Below, one piece after another: positions 37,258 through 46,435 of a DNA stretch of 64,000 nt; position 1 is the stretch's first letter; each line of letters opens with the position of its first letter. Location of the stretch: IMG/VR virus record IMGVR_UViG_3300028840_003687; one strand, given 5' to 3'. The notes beneath the pieces are model-generated. The model saw only the letters and a program-made list of their open reading frames with translations, was not told where the DNA came from and ran no database searches. The translations under genes and the position numbers were made by a program. Origin of the DNA: a virus.

Positions 37258-37525
37258 AGTCGTCGGGATGGCTGACGAACCACTCGTAGACCTCCTGCTC
37301 GCTCATCTCCGGCTCCGTCGCGGTCACGACGCCGAACGCGTAGGTACGCATCGCGAGATCGAGTTGTTCCTCTTCACTCACCCGCCCGAGCTGCAGCGCA
37401 AGCGCCCTGGGCGCCAACCAGTTCCGCACCGCGGCGTCGTAGAGCGTGTTCAGGTCGCGATCAGCAGGTCCGAACTCCATCACGAGGCCGTCGTGGGCCT
37501 CGAACTCCATCCGTAGCGTTTTCAC
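37151..37525 (-). CDS. acidic hypothetical protein (tail assembly-associated?)
   Basis: 124 aa, very acidic; overlaps the gp10-like gene by 107 nt in another frame. Confidence 0.4.
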   Translation of the reverse strand: MKTLRMEFEAHDGLVMEFGPADRDLNTLYDAAVRNWLAPRALALQLGRVSEEEQLDLAMRTYAFGVVTATEPEMSEQEVYEWFVSHPDDFATLVSYADHRENFVDPDEPEQTGPSTAPSLEEAG

Positions 37526-38246
37526 TACATTTCCCCCTGATCGACCAACGATTTGATGCGGCGGGCGAGCGATCGACCCTGCTCCGTCTTCGCATTCGCG
37601 GCGCCGCCCTTGCCGGCCGACTCGTCGACCTGCATCTCGCGGATGTAGGTGCGCATGGCGTCACCCTTGCCTCCCATGAGGTCGGCGACGGCAGCTTGCA
37701 CGCCCCAGGCCTGGAACACGCGTTCCTTGCCCTCGGCCTGGATCTCGATCTCGAGCGCGGCGTTGAACTGGTCGTCGGTCAACTCGTGGACGAGTCGCTC
37801 GGGGCTGCTTCCCCATCGGCGGGCGAGGAAACAGAGTCCGGCCCACTCGGCGCGCTCTCGGTCTTCTGGGGAGACGACAGCATCGGAGCCAGCAGGCCTG
37901 CTGTTTTTCCCACGAGGCCACCGCCGGCCTCCGTGATGATGTTCAGCTCCCAGACCGCCTGGGCGATCACGGGGACGTCCTCCCAGTCGAGGTCGTCCCA
38001 GTCGAGGTCGCCCAGGTCGCAGCTGAGTCGGCAGATCTCGGCGACCTCGTCTTCGGCATGGGTGAAGATGGTCGCGAGCGAGAAGTCGACCTGCTGTCCC
38101 TGCATGGCCGTGAACTTCTCGAAGATCTTGGCGATGCGGGGCTTCAGCTCCGCGCGGTCGCGCATCTTCCACTTCCGGACTTTGACGGTTCGTTCTCCGC
38201 CGCACACGTCGACGGAGATGACTCGGGGATGACTGATGGAATCCAT
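37525..38246 (-). CDS. tail assembly chaperone -1 frameshift fusion product (gpGT-like)
   Basis: A -1 slip at G_GGA_AAA (37905-37911, - strand) joins the G frame to ORF 37525..38205. The shifted reading gives KNSRPAGSDAVV... exactly as in that ORF. Confidence 0.5.
37779..38246 (-). CDS. tail assembly chaperone (gpG-like)
   Basis: 155-aa ORF immediately downstream of the major tail gene; GGGAAAA slippery heptamer 126 nt before its stop. Confidence 0.55.
   Translation of the reverse strand: MDSISHPRVISVDVCGGERTVKVRKWKMRDRAELKPRIAKIFEKFTAMQGQQVDFSLATIFTHAEDEVAEICRLSCDLGDLDWDDLDWEDVPVIAQAVWELNIITEAGGGLVGKTAGLLAPMLSSPQKTESAPSGPDSVSSPADGEAAPSDSSTS
37905..37911 (-). other. programmed -1 ribosomal frameshift slippery heptamer GGGAAAA
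   Basis: X_XXY_YYZ heptamer in the zero frame of the gpG-like ORF (codons GGA AAA); the downstream overlapping ORF is in the -1 frame. Confidence 0.5.
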
Positions 38247-38359
38247 TTGTTAGTTATCTTTCTGGGGAGTATCGTGGAGCGGGGCCGACACGTCCGACTA
38301 TGACATCGTCGGTGTCGGCCCCGTCCTGGGGTGGCGGTTGCTGCGCCGGGGGGTAAGCG

Positions 38360-39466
38360 TTACGCGCCGGCCTCCGTCTCGCTGGACAGCTCCAGCGTAC
38401 CGAAGCGATCGGTGCCGCCGGCGTCGTTGATGTTCAGGCTCAGCGTCGCCGTGCCGAACTCTTCCGCGCCGAAGGTCAGGGCGTCGTCCGTGATGATGAT
38501 CGTGGCCGAGGGGATCGTCCAGATGAAGTTCACGCCGATGTCCGTGAGGTGCTTGATCACAACCGATCCGTCCACCTGATTCCGGGTGAAGGGCTTGAGC
38601 GGGACGTGCGCCTTGCGGTCGTACGTGTAGTCGACGTCCACCGACTGGCCCTGCCGAAGCTCGGCGGTGCCGTTCTTCGAGGACGCCGAGTCGAGGTCCA
38701 GGAACCGGAGCCGGCCGTCGAGGGGCGAGGTCACGTAGTCCGTGTTCTGGGTCAGCGTGTGGCTGGGCGTGTAGGTCGCGAGGATGGCCTCGCCGTTGGT
38801 CACGTCCGTGGCGACACCGCCGACGAAGAACTGCAGGTCGCCCGAAGTGGCGCCGGTTCCGACCACGACCTCAACCTCGTTGCCCGAGGCTGCGGCACCG
38901 ACCGCGATGGGCGTGAAGGCCACACCGGCCACCGTGACGCTCGTGACGTCGCCGACGATGAGGGGCTTGTAGTCGAGCGAGAACTCGCCGGACGTCGCGC
39001 CCAGTGCGCCGGTTCCCGTGCCGACCGCTTCGTCGGTGATGGTCGAGCAGGTGACGGTCCAGCTCGTGTCGTCCACGTCGCCGTTCACGACGTTGGCCCA
39101 GGTGCTCTCGGCGTCGGTGCCGGACGGGACGGTGACCGCCTCGTTCGTGATCGCCGCTGCAGCGTCCGCGCTGACCGCGGTGACGTCCTGGGATGCGAAG
39201 ATGTACTGGGCGACGTCGGACTTGAAGTTGAAGACCTCGAGCTGCATCGAGACTTCCAGCGAGCCGACGATCTCGCGATCGACCGTGAGCGGACCGGAGT
39301 CACCGCGCTGGAGCTGGAGCAGCTCGATTTCCTTCTGCAGCTCCTGGCCGCCCAGGATGCCCAGCTGGACCTCCGAGCCGCCGGTCGGCGTGAAGAACAC
39401 GGTCGAGAAGCCGAGAAGCAGATTGTCCCTCGTGAACGTGTCCGAGGGTCGAGTTTCGACAGGCAT
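38360..39466 (-). CDS. major tail protein (siphovirus-type), probably with Ig-like domain
   Basis: 368 aa, Thr/Gly/Val-rich, directly upstream of the chaperone pair. Confidence 0.5.
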   Translation of the reverse strand: MPVETRPSDTFTRDNLLLGFSTVFFTPTGGSEVQLGILGGQELQKEIELLQLQRGDSGPLTVDREIVGSLEVSMQLEVFNFKSDVAQYIFASQDVTAVSADAAAAITNEAVTVPSGTDAESTWANVVNGDVDDTSWTVTCSTITDEAVGTGTGALGATSGEFSLDYKPLIVGDVTSVTVAGVAFTPIAVGAAASGNEVEVVVGTGATSGDLQFFVGGVATDVTNGEAILATYTPSHTLTQNTDYVTSPLDGRLRFLDLDSASSKNGTAELRQGQSVDVDYTYDRKAHVPLKPFTRNQVDGSVVIKHLTDIGVNFIWTIPSATIIITDDALTFGAEEFGTATLSLNINDAGGTDRFGTLELSSETEAGA

Positions 39467-39487
39467 GAAAATCCTCCCGGCTGCCCG

Positions 39488-39943
39488 TTACGGCGCAGCC
39501 CTGTCAGTGAAGTATACCCAATCGGCGGCCTGGATCACCTGGTACCAGGCGCCGTCACCGCCGACGTGCTGTGCCGCGGTGCGATTCCGAAAAATGACGG
39601 TGGCGAACCTCGCCGAACCGTCAAGAAAGCCTTGGGCCGCGTAGGCCAGATCGTTCACCTGTCCGAGGCCTCGGCCCTGCCGGACATAGGTCTCGATCGT
39701 GAAGCGACCCTGCTCCTGGAAGAAATTCGTCGCCACCGAGCTGGAGAGCGGTCGGTGCCCGTCGTCCGTGATGCCGGTGGAGAAAACCCTCACCCAGGCG
39801 TCCTCGAGCCCAGGCTTGAGGTCCGACGGGTCGAACTCGGTGTTCGGCCAGCAGATCGGGACGTCCGGGTAGGCCGCCGTCCAGTAGGTGTCGAAGGCCG
39901 TGAAGATCTCGCTCTGGAGGTCGCGCGGGGAGAAGTCAGCCAT
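39488..39943 (-). CDS. head-tail joining / tail terminator-type protein
   Basis: 151-aa ORF between the head and tail modules. Confidence 0.4.
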   Translation of the reverse strand: MADFSPRDLQSEIFTAFDTYWTAAYPDVPICWPNTEFDPSDLKPGLEDAWVRVFSTGITDDGHRPLSSSVATNFFQEQGRFTIETYVRQGRGLGQVNDLAYAAQGFLDGSARFATVIFRNRTAAQHVGGDGAWYQVIQAADWVYFTDRAAP

Positions 39944-40353
39944 CAGACCCTCACGATCAGTTCGTAGTAGAGCGTCGTGCCACCAGGGTTCTGGGGGCGT
40001 GCGGCCGTGACCGAGTACTGGCGCCCACCGCGATCGATCACCCAGTCCGTGCCCATCTCGGCCGGCAGGGCCGACTCAGCGGTCACCAGGACGCGCCCAC
40101 GGTGCTCCTCGACGGGAGTGGAGCCTCGGCCGATGCCGGCGCCCGTGGTCGTGAAGGGATCGTTCGAGAGATCGAAGAAGACCGCCGTCGCCGAGATCGC
40201 CTGCACGTCGGCGCCGCTGACCTCCGGCCCCTCCCAGGGCTTCGCGGAGTCCTCGAACGTGGACGCGGCGCGGCGAAGCGTGACCGCCTCACCGAACTCG
40301 GCCAGCAGAGCGTCAGCCGTCGCCTTCAGGCTTGTGTAGAACGCGCTGCTCAA
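39943..40353 (-). CDS. head-tail connector (head closure-type) protein
   Basis: 136-aa ORF, start/stop overlap with the neighbour. Confidence 0.4.
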   Translation of the reverse strand: MSSAFYTSLKATADALLAEFGEAVTLRRAASTFEDSAKPWEGPEVSGADVQAISATAVFFDLSNDPFTTTGAGIGRGSTPVEEHRGRVLVTAESALPAEMGTDWVIDRGGRQYSVTAARPQNPGGTTLYYELIVRV

Positions 40354-40365
40354 GAAATCGTCCTG

Positions 40366-41232
40366 TTAGTTGTCGAGTTCGGCCTTGGCCTCGTCGGCAG
40401 AGATCGCCCGGTTGTTCGGGTTCTCCGGGACAGCCGGGGGCTCCGGGATGCCGCCTTCGCGGGTGATACGGTTCTTGTCCAGCTCGGCCTGCCGCGCCTC
40501 TTCGCGCTGCCGGGACTCTTCCTCGCGCTGCGCGCGTTCCGCGGCTGCTTCCTCGGCGGCCTGCGCCTCGCGCTCCTTGGCGAGCGCCGCACGCTCCGCC
40601 TGCAGCTGAGCCTCTTCCGCCGCTTCGTCGCGTGCCTTCTCCGCCTCTTCGGCCGCCTTGGCGGCGCGCTTGGCGAGCAGCTCCTCGACCTTCGCCTGCC
40701 GCGCCTGAGCCTCTTCCTCGCGGATCATGGCTTCGATCTCGCGTCGCTCGGACTCCTCGGCTGCGCGGACGGCTCGCTCGGCCAGCTCGCGCTGCTGCTC
40801 TTCCTCGCGTCGGCGGGCGTTCAGCTCACGGCGAAGCTCGCGCTTCTCCCGGAGCTTGCGGTCCTCGTCGGCCTGGAGGCGCGCCTCTTCGCGACGAATC
40901 GCCGCGTTGTCCACGATCCGCTTCTTGCCGGGGACCTTCTCCGGGCAGCCGTCGTCGCGCAGCTCGATGCTCTGGCTGTACCAGAGTGCCTTCAGGCGGC
41001 GCGCGGAAATGCCATCTCGATCGCAGTCGACCGGCTCGCCCTGCTCGACGCGGCGCTTGCCGTCGCGGCCATGAACGATGATCGCCTTGCGGAAGACGTA
41101 GTCTGCATCAGGGCCAGCATACCGCTGGCGCCAGTGGCGTACGGGGCGAATGCGCTGCCGTGTGCTGGGCGCGCTGACCTCGTCGTTGGGGGTCTGCTCG
41201 TTGCTCTCGTCGCTCACTGGAAATTCCTCCAT
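40366..41232 (-). CDS. highly charged E/R/K-rich alpha-helical protein
   Basis: 288 aa; ~170-aa segment of alternating E and R/K/A (REEARLQADEDRKLREKRELRRELNARRREEEQQRELAERAV...), typical of ER/K single alpha-helix domains. Confidence 0.5.
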   Translation of the reverse strand: MEEFPVSDESNEQTPNDEVSAPSTRQRIRPVRHWRQRYAGPDADYVFRKAIIVHGRDGKRRVEQGEPVDCDRDGISARRLKALWYSQSIELRDDGCPEKVPGKKRIVDNAAIRREEARLQADEDRKLREKRELRRELNARRREEEQQRELAERAVRAAEESERREIEAMIREEEAQARQAKVEELLAKRAAKAAEEAEKARDEAAEEAQLQAERAALAKEREAQAAEEAAAERAQREEESRQREEARQAELDKNRITREGGIPEPPAVPENPNNRAISADEAKAELDN

Positions 41233-41309
41233 CGCTGGGGCCCAGCATAGCCCATTCGAGCCATGCTGGACCCCGCGTTGGCAGTCGTCGGGTCAAGCCC
41301 GACTGCGTC

Positions 41310-42275
41310 TTACGACGCGGTGACGTCGTCGAAGAAGTAGCCCAGTTCGGAGGCCACCAGCTTCTGGTCGTACGCCTGATCGATCTCGACCCGATCGGAC
41401 TCGAGATGATCCATGCGGAACCGCTTCATCCGCATCCCGTTCTGGCTCGCGCCCAGGAAGCCGGTCCACGAGAACGTGTAGCCAGCCGACGGGGTCATGA
41501 TGCCGGGGTTGGGGGCGGAGTAGCAGAGCAGCGCGTCCAGCCCCGTTCCGATGAACGCGTGGCTGTCCGTGGCACCCTTGAGCGCGGTGTTCTGGACACC
41601 TTCCATCACGAGGATCTGATCCAGCTCGAAGAGAGCGGCCAGGGACTCGCGAAGCGCGCGGGCCGGACCCGAGGTCTGACCGCGGTCGAGGCGGGCGATG
41701 ATGTCCGCGTTGTCGACGAGGATGTCGTAGGCCTGCTTGCCGAGCACCATCGTGTTCGGCTTGATGCCCGTGTTCTGGAGCACCGTGCGGACGCCCGTGC
41801 GGACGTCCTCGATCGGCGTGCCAGCGCCATCCCAGGCGAGACCGGAGTTCACGTCCGTGTCCCAGACGCCGGACGTGAAGAACGTCGAGGCCCAGTTGAC
41901 CTCTCGGTTGATCAGCGCCTTCTGCGTGAGGAACTCGGTCGCCTCGCGATCGGGCGAAAGCGGGCTGTCCGCGTTCGCGCGCACCTGATCCGCGATGTCC
42001 TTGTGCAGAGCACGGACGGGCGCGGAGTAGGTGCTGGTCGTCAGCTTGTAGTTCGCACCGGCCGACTCGGTTCCGGGAGCCCGGAGTTCCATGTCGTCTC
42101 GGTTGAACTCACCACGCGGGTACTCGTAGTACACGTCCGACTGGTGCATCACCGGGATGTTGGGGAACACCCGGTCGGCCACGAAGGCGTCCTGCGACTG
42201 CATGAACGCGATCGAGATGTTGGTGAGGGGGCCGTCGACGTGAACGTCGGAACGGCTCGGCTCGATGAACGGCAT
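41310..42275 (-). CDS. major capsid protein (HK97-fold, Mu gpT / E-like family)
   Basis: 321 aa; directly preceded by the scaffold and a DUF2190-like gene; composition and length typical of coat proteins. Confidence 0.6.
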   Translation of the reverse strand: MPFIEPSRSDVHVDGPLTNISIAFMQSQDAFVADRVFPNIPVMHQSDVYYEYPRGEFNRDDMELRAPGTESAGANYKLTTSTYSAPVRALHKDIADQVRANADSPLSPDREATEFLTQKALINREVNWASTFFTSGVWDTDVNSGLAWDGAGTPIEDVRTGVRTVLQNTGIKPNTMVLGKQAYDILVDNADIIARLDRGQTSGPARALRESLAALFELDQILVMEGVQNTALKGATDSHAFIGTGLDALLCYSAPNPGIMTPSAGYTFSWTGFLGASQNGMRMKRFRMDHLESDRVEIDQAYDQKLVASELGYFFDDVTAS

Positions 42276-42304
42276 TGCTCGTTCTCCTTGTCAGAGCGCC
42301 TGAA

Positions 42305-42688
42305 TTAGGCGGTGTGGGGTGCAGCCAGGGGCGAAGCGACGACACGAACGATCGTGCCAGCCGCGCCGGTCTCGAGAGCGACACCGACGGCCATCTGGTC
42401 GACCGGGATGGCCGCGAGGGACGCCACGGAGGCGACGCCATCGGCCACGGCCACGACGACCTGATCCTGGGTCACGCCACCGGTGCCCACGAGCATCTCG
42501 CAGATGCCTTCGAGCTTGGCGACGGGGACCGAAGAGCCGGACGCGACCGTCTCGGCACACACGCCCACGATCGCGGACGTCGCGCCGGCCTGAACCGCCG
42601 CACCGGACGAAATCGCAACGAGTTCGCCATTGGTGAGCGCCTCGCCGGCGGTGAGGGTGATGGTCTGAACTCCATCGTGAGAAGCCAT
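42305..42688 (-). CDS. DUF2190-like head decoration/cement-type protein
   Basis: 127 aa, Ala/Gly/Val-rich, between the scaffold and MCP genes. Confidence 0.4.
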   Translation of the reverse strand: MASHDGVQTITLTAGEALTNGELVAISSGAAVQAGATSAIVGVCAETVASGSSVPVAKLEGICEMLVGTGGVTQDQVVVAVADGVASVASLAAIPVDQMAVGVALETGAAGTIVRVVASPLAAPHTA

Positions 42689-42716
42689 TGTGACTTCCTC
42701 CTTCTAGCTAGGGGCC

Positions 42717-43940
42717 TTAGTTGGCCGCCCGCTTGATCATCGCCTCGCGATGCTGGTTGTAGAGATCCTTGCCCTCGGGCGTCGCCAGAACGATCTGGTA
42801 CGCCTTGGCGAAGTCCTTCACCGGATCGAGACCGAGCTTGATCGCTTCGGCCTTGGCCAGGTCGTCGAGCTTCGTCTCGGACGCGGACTTGGTGAGCTGC
42901 GCGCCCTGCGGCGTCGCCGGAGCGTCGTTCGAAGCCTCGTTGCTGGTGCCCAGGGACTTCGTGACGTCCTCGCTCGCCGAGTTGCCGGCCTTGAGGGCCT
43001 TGAGGGCGGCTTCGCGGTGCTCGGGGTTCTCGATCGACTCGACCGACTTGAGCAGTTCGGCGCGCTGCTTGACCGTGCCCGGCAGGTTCGCCAGCTCGAT
43101 CTCCGCTCGCTTCTCGAACTCCTGGTCCGCCTTCTCGGCCTTGAGGGCCTCGATCTCGCGGTCCTTCGAGTCCTTCTCGATGATCGCAGCCACGAGCCGC
43201 GGGTCATCGCTCTTCGTGAAGACCGCACCGTCCGCCGCCGTGTAGACGACGTTCGGGTCTTCGCTCTTCGCGACCTCTTCCTCGACCGTCTCTTCCGCCT
43301 TCTCGACGGGCTTGACGATCTCGGCGCGCTCGTCGGCCGACTTGGCCAGGAACGCGTCCTGGTCTTCGGCCTTCTCGATCGCGTCGAAGTGCTCGCGCTG
43401 GTCGGCGGGGAGTGCCACGATGGCCTCGAGTCGCTCGACGCTCTTCTTCAGTTCCTCGTCCATTTGGACTTCCTCCTCTGTGGGGGCTGCAGCAACCTCG
43501 GGGAAGTTCTTCTGGATCTTGCCCAGCGTCTCTTCGTCGAGATCCTGCTTGCTGATCATGGCCATCACTGCGGTGACCATGTCCTCACGAGATACCTCGT
43601 GCGTGTGACCGGCATTCATGACGATCTCGATGTTCCCGAGGTCGTCACGTACCGCGCCGTGTGAATGTTCGGACGCTCCGTCCGCGCCGGCATAACCGAC
43701 GGTGAAATCGCCGTCGTCCGGCCAGAACCGAATGACGTGTGCGTGGCCGTCTTCGACCGAAGAGACCATCTCGATCGATCCGCTCTTCTCGACCTTGCCC
43801 TCGTCGTCTTCCTTCTCGACGTAGTCCTTGCCCTTGCGCTTCATGATGACGGCCTTGGCCGGAGCCTGCGCGGGGCGGTCGACGCTCGAAAGCTCGTCGA
43901 TGCGGAACTTCTTCATCTTCTGTCGCTTCGCGTGCCGCAT
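42717..43940 (-). CDS. capsid scaffolding protein
   Basis: 407 aa, acidic, Glu/Lys/Ala-rich coiled-coil; immediately upstream of the capsid genes. Confidence 0.55.
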   Translation of the reverse strand: MRHAKRQKMKKFRIDELSSVDRPAQAPAKAVIMKRKGKDYVEKEDDEGKVEKSGSIEMVSSVEDGHAHVIRFWPDDGDFTVGYAGADGASEHSHGAVRDDLGNIEIVMNAGHTHEVSREDMVTAVMAMISKQDLDEETLGKIQKNFPEVAAAPTEEEVQMDEELKKSVERLEAIVALPADQREHFDAIEKAEDQDAFLAKSADERAEIVKPVEKAEETVEEEVAKSEDPNVVYTAADGAVFTKSDDPRLVAAIIEKDSKDREIEALKAEKADQEFEKRAEIELANLPGTVKQRAELLKSVESIENPEHREAALKALKAGNSASEDVTKSLGTSNEASNDAPATPQGAQLTKSASETKLDDLAKAEAIKLGLDPVKDFAKAYQIVLATPEGKDLYNQHREAMIKRAAN

Positions 43941-43943
43941 AAC

Positions 43944-44378
43944 TTACTCCTCGACGGGTTCGTTCTCGATGTAGGCGCCGCCGATCGAGAAGCCGGTGTA
44001 CTCACCGGACTTGAACTTTTGGAGAACTTCCGGGCTCGGCTCCACCGCGACCATCCAGCCGGTGCGGTCGGTCGTGATGCCGAATGCCTTCGCGATCTCG
44101 TCCGTGAGCGGGAACTCATGAACGACCGTGCCGTCCTTGAAGACGTGCATGTCGCCCGACGTGCGATCCGTCTTCGCGAAATCGGTGACGGCTTCGAGCA
44201 TCGCGTCCTCGGGAATGTGATCGCCCTGGGAGTCGTAGAACTCCTCACCGTTGATCTTGCAGACGATCCCCCAGCCGAACACGAGACCCAGCTCGTCGTC
44301 GACCTTGGCGATCTGCTCGCACTTCGTGAAGGACTTGCTCAAGAGTTGCGTCTCCCTAGACGCGCAGGGGGTACGCAC
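43944..44378 (-). CDS. XkdF-like putative prohead serine protease
   Basis: GLVFGWGIV...DSQGDHIPEDAML...GDMH...GTVVHEFPLTDE...GWMVAVEPSP...GEYTGFSIGG matches XkdF (Peptidase_S78_2) conserved blocks. Confidence 0.5.
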   Translation of the reverse strand: MRTPCASRETQLLSKSFTKCEQIAKVDDELGLVFGWGIVCKINGEEFYDSQGDHIPEDAMLEAVTDFAKTDRTSGDMHVFKDGTVVHEFPLTDEIAKAFGITTDRTGWMVAVEPSPEVLQKFKSGEYTGFSIGGAYIENEPVEE

Positions 44379-44402
44379 GCCGTAGGCAGTAGAATGGCAG
44401 AT

Positions 44403-45380
44403 CTAGAGCGAAGGCGCCACGAGAGAGCGGGAGACGACGCAGCGGCAGCTTGCGACTTCCCGAGCCGGGGCGCTCGAATCGCCCGGGTAGCGCAGCATGA
44501 TGCCGCTCCCGGACATGAACGCTTGGCCCAGCGGGCGGGTCTGGCCGTCCATGAACCCATGGCTGTCGCGCTGGCGGCCGTCGACCAGCGTGTGCCAGGT
44601 CTGCTCGACCGTGCGGGCGTCGAGTCCGCGGTCCACCGCCTGCGCCCACATCTCGGCCTCGCCTGCGTTCACGGCTGCGAGCGCCTCGGTGCTCCCGATG
44701 ACACGCGCGCGGTGCGCGAGGAGCTTCCCCTCGTAGCGCTCGACCATCCGATCGATCTGGGCGCTCGAGAGCTGCTTGCCGGCTGCGATCGCGCGACGCA
44801 CGGTCCCGTCGAACCGCCGGTCGCGGAGCGCGCGGGCCAGCGCCTGAGAATCGAGATTCGTAAGGAGCCGCCGGTAGTTAGCCACCGCCTGCGCCTGCTG
44901 ACCTGTGAGTCCGATCGATCCCTGGATGGCGCGGGCGATCTGGTCCGGGCGCAACCCCTGCTGGATCCCCTGCTGGAGGGACACGGCGAGCGCCTGAGCC
45001 TGCTGGGCGCTCAACTCCCGCACCAAGCGGGCCTGCGATGCCTGGATGGCATTTACCCCGCGGGGGGTCAGGGTGTCGAAGCGGATCAGCGGGACGGCGC
45101 GCGACTCGCGCAGCGCGGCGGCGACCGAGACCCCGGCGCTGACGTAGGCCGCCGTGATCGCCTCGTTCAGACCCGGGCCGATGTCTTCGATCAGCCGCAT
45201 CGCGGCTTGCACCTGGCCGCTTTCGATCAGCGCGACGATTTCTTCGAGGGACTGTAGACCTTTCGCCTCACTCACCAGCTGGAGGAAGGTTCGGCGGATG
45301 TTCGAGTCCGCTGCGTCGATCAGTGCGATCGTCCGGCCCAGGTCGTCCAGGTTGCTCGGAATGAATTCCGCAGCTGCCAT
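44403..45380 (-). CDS. head morphogenesis protein, Mu F / SPP1 gp7 family
   Basis: C-terminal TWHTLVDGRQRDSHGFMDGQTRPLGQAFMSGSGIMLRYPGD is the Phage_Mu_F signature. Confidence 0.65.
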   Translation of the reverse strand: MAAAEFIPSNLDDLGRTIALIDAADSNIRRTFLQLVSEAKGLQSLEEIVALIESGQVQAAMRLIEDIGPGLNEAITAAYVSAGVSVAAALRESRAVPLIRFDTLTPRGVNAIQASQARLVRELSAQQAQALAVSLQQGIQQGLRPDQIARAIQGSIGLTGQQAQAVANYRRLLTNLDSQALARALRDRRFDGTVRRAIAAGKQLSSAQIDRMVERYEGKLLAHRARVIGSTEALAAVNAGEAEMWAQAVDRGLDARTVEQTWHTLVDGRQRDSHGFMDGQTRPLGQAFMSGSGIMLRYPGDSSAPAREVASCRCVVSRSLVAPSL

Positions 45381-45449
45381 CGAGTAGCCTCGTTAGGTCG
45401 TATTCGTGCGCCCAGGGACCAGCTCCGTAGCTGGCTCCTGGTTGCCCCA

Positions 45450-46076
45450 TCAGATGTTGCCGTTCCCGCCGACGCTGTAGTCGAAGGTCAGGAAGACGGA
45501 CTCCTGCGAGCCAGTGACCGTCGCGCCCTGCAGCGTGCCACCGATGAAGCACTTCAGGTACTCCTGCACGATGGCAGGGAACCGCGTGCCCGCGGCCTGG
45601 CCGACGTTGGTCGGGCTGAAGTACTCGGTCTCGTCTTCGGTCTCGAGGTCGCCGACCTTCTTGCGCGTCAGCACTCGCTTCGTGTTCGACCCTGTGCTCG
45701 TTGCCGTCTGCACGGTCGCATCGTCGAGGATGGCCTTCGCCAGCTCGTAGCTCGCGTGAACGACGTCGGCGGGGATCTCGTCCGTCGCCACCGCGTCGCC
45801 GTCGCAGTCGACGACTCCCGTACGCGGCCACGCGAGCGCCTGCGGCGTCGCCTTGTCCGTGGGCTCGCCCACCCAGCGCTGCTTGTCGAGAATGGTCGAG
45901 GCCGTCACGAGCGCCTTCGCCCTGTCGGTGCTCGAAGCCGCGTCCCAGTTCGTCGTGTTCAGCTGCCCGAGGAAGTACGTGGTCGCGCTGACCGCCTGGG
46001 GGCTGTCCGAGACAGTGTCGTTCGACAGCTCGCCGTAGACGTCGAAGGTCTTTCCGCCGATGCTTACCTGACCCAT
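45450..46076 (-). CDS. hypothetical structural protein
   Basis: 208-aa ORF within the head module. Confidence 0.45.
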   Translation of the reverse strand: MGQVSIGGKTFDVYGELSNDTVSDSPQAVSATTYFLGQLNTTNWDAASSTDRAKALVTASTILDKQRWVGEPTDKATPQALAWPRTGVVDCDGDAVATDEIPADVVHASYELAKAILDDATVQTATSTGSNTKRVLTRKKVGDLETEDETEYFSPTNVGQAAGTRFPAIVQEYLKCFIGGTLQGATVTGSQESVFLTFDYSVGGNGNI

Positions 46077-46083
46077 GGATGCC

Positions 46084-46434
46084 TCACTTGTTGATGTCCT
46101 GGCGCCATTCGATCTCGCCCTTCGCGATCGTGAAGATGTCGGCGCTGGGGTCGGTCTCCTGGAAGTCGTAGAAGAGAGTCCCGAGCTGGTCGGCTTCGCT
46201 GGTGCTCAGGTTGAAGCTGACCGTGTTGGAGCTGACGACGCCGGTCACGGTGAAGACCTCATTTGTGGCGTCCGACGGGTCGCTCTCGGTGTTCACCGTG
46301 AGTTCATAGCTGTGCCCAGTGAGGTCGCGGGCGTTTCCGTCCTCGTCCAGCAGCGTGAACCCGAAGGGCTTGGTGTCGCCGCGGGTCAGGCAGATGTTGA
46401 TCGCTTCGGGGCAGCGGTTCAGGGTCGTGGGCAT
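46084..46434 (-). CDS. hypothetical structural protein (beta-rich)
   Basis: 116-aa ORF. Confidence 0.4.
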   Translation of the reverse strand: MPTTLNRCPEAINICLTRGDTKPFGFTLLDEDGNARDLTGHSYELTVNTESDPSDATNEVFTVTGVVSSNTVSFNLSTSEADQLGTLFYDFQETDPSADIFTIAKGEIEWRQDINK

Positions 46435-46435
46435 G

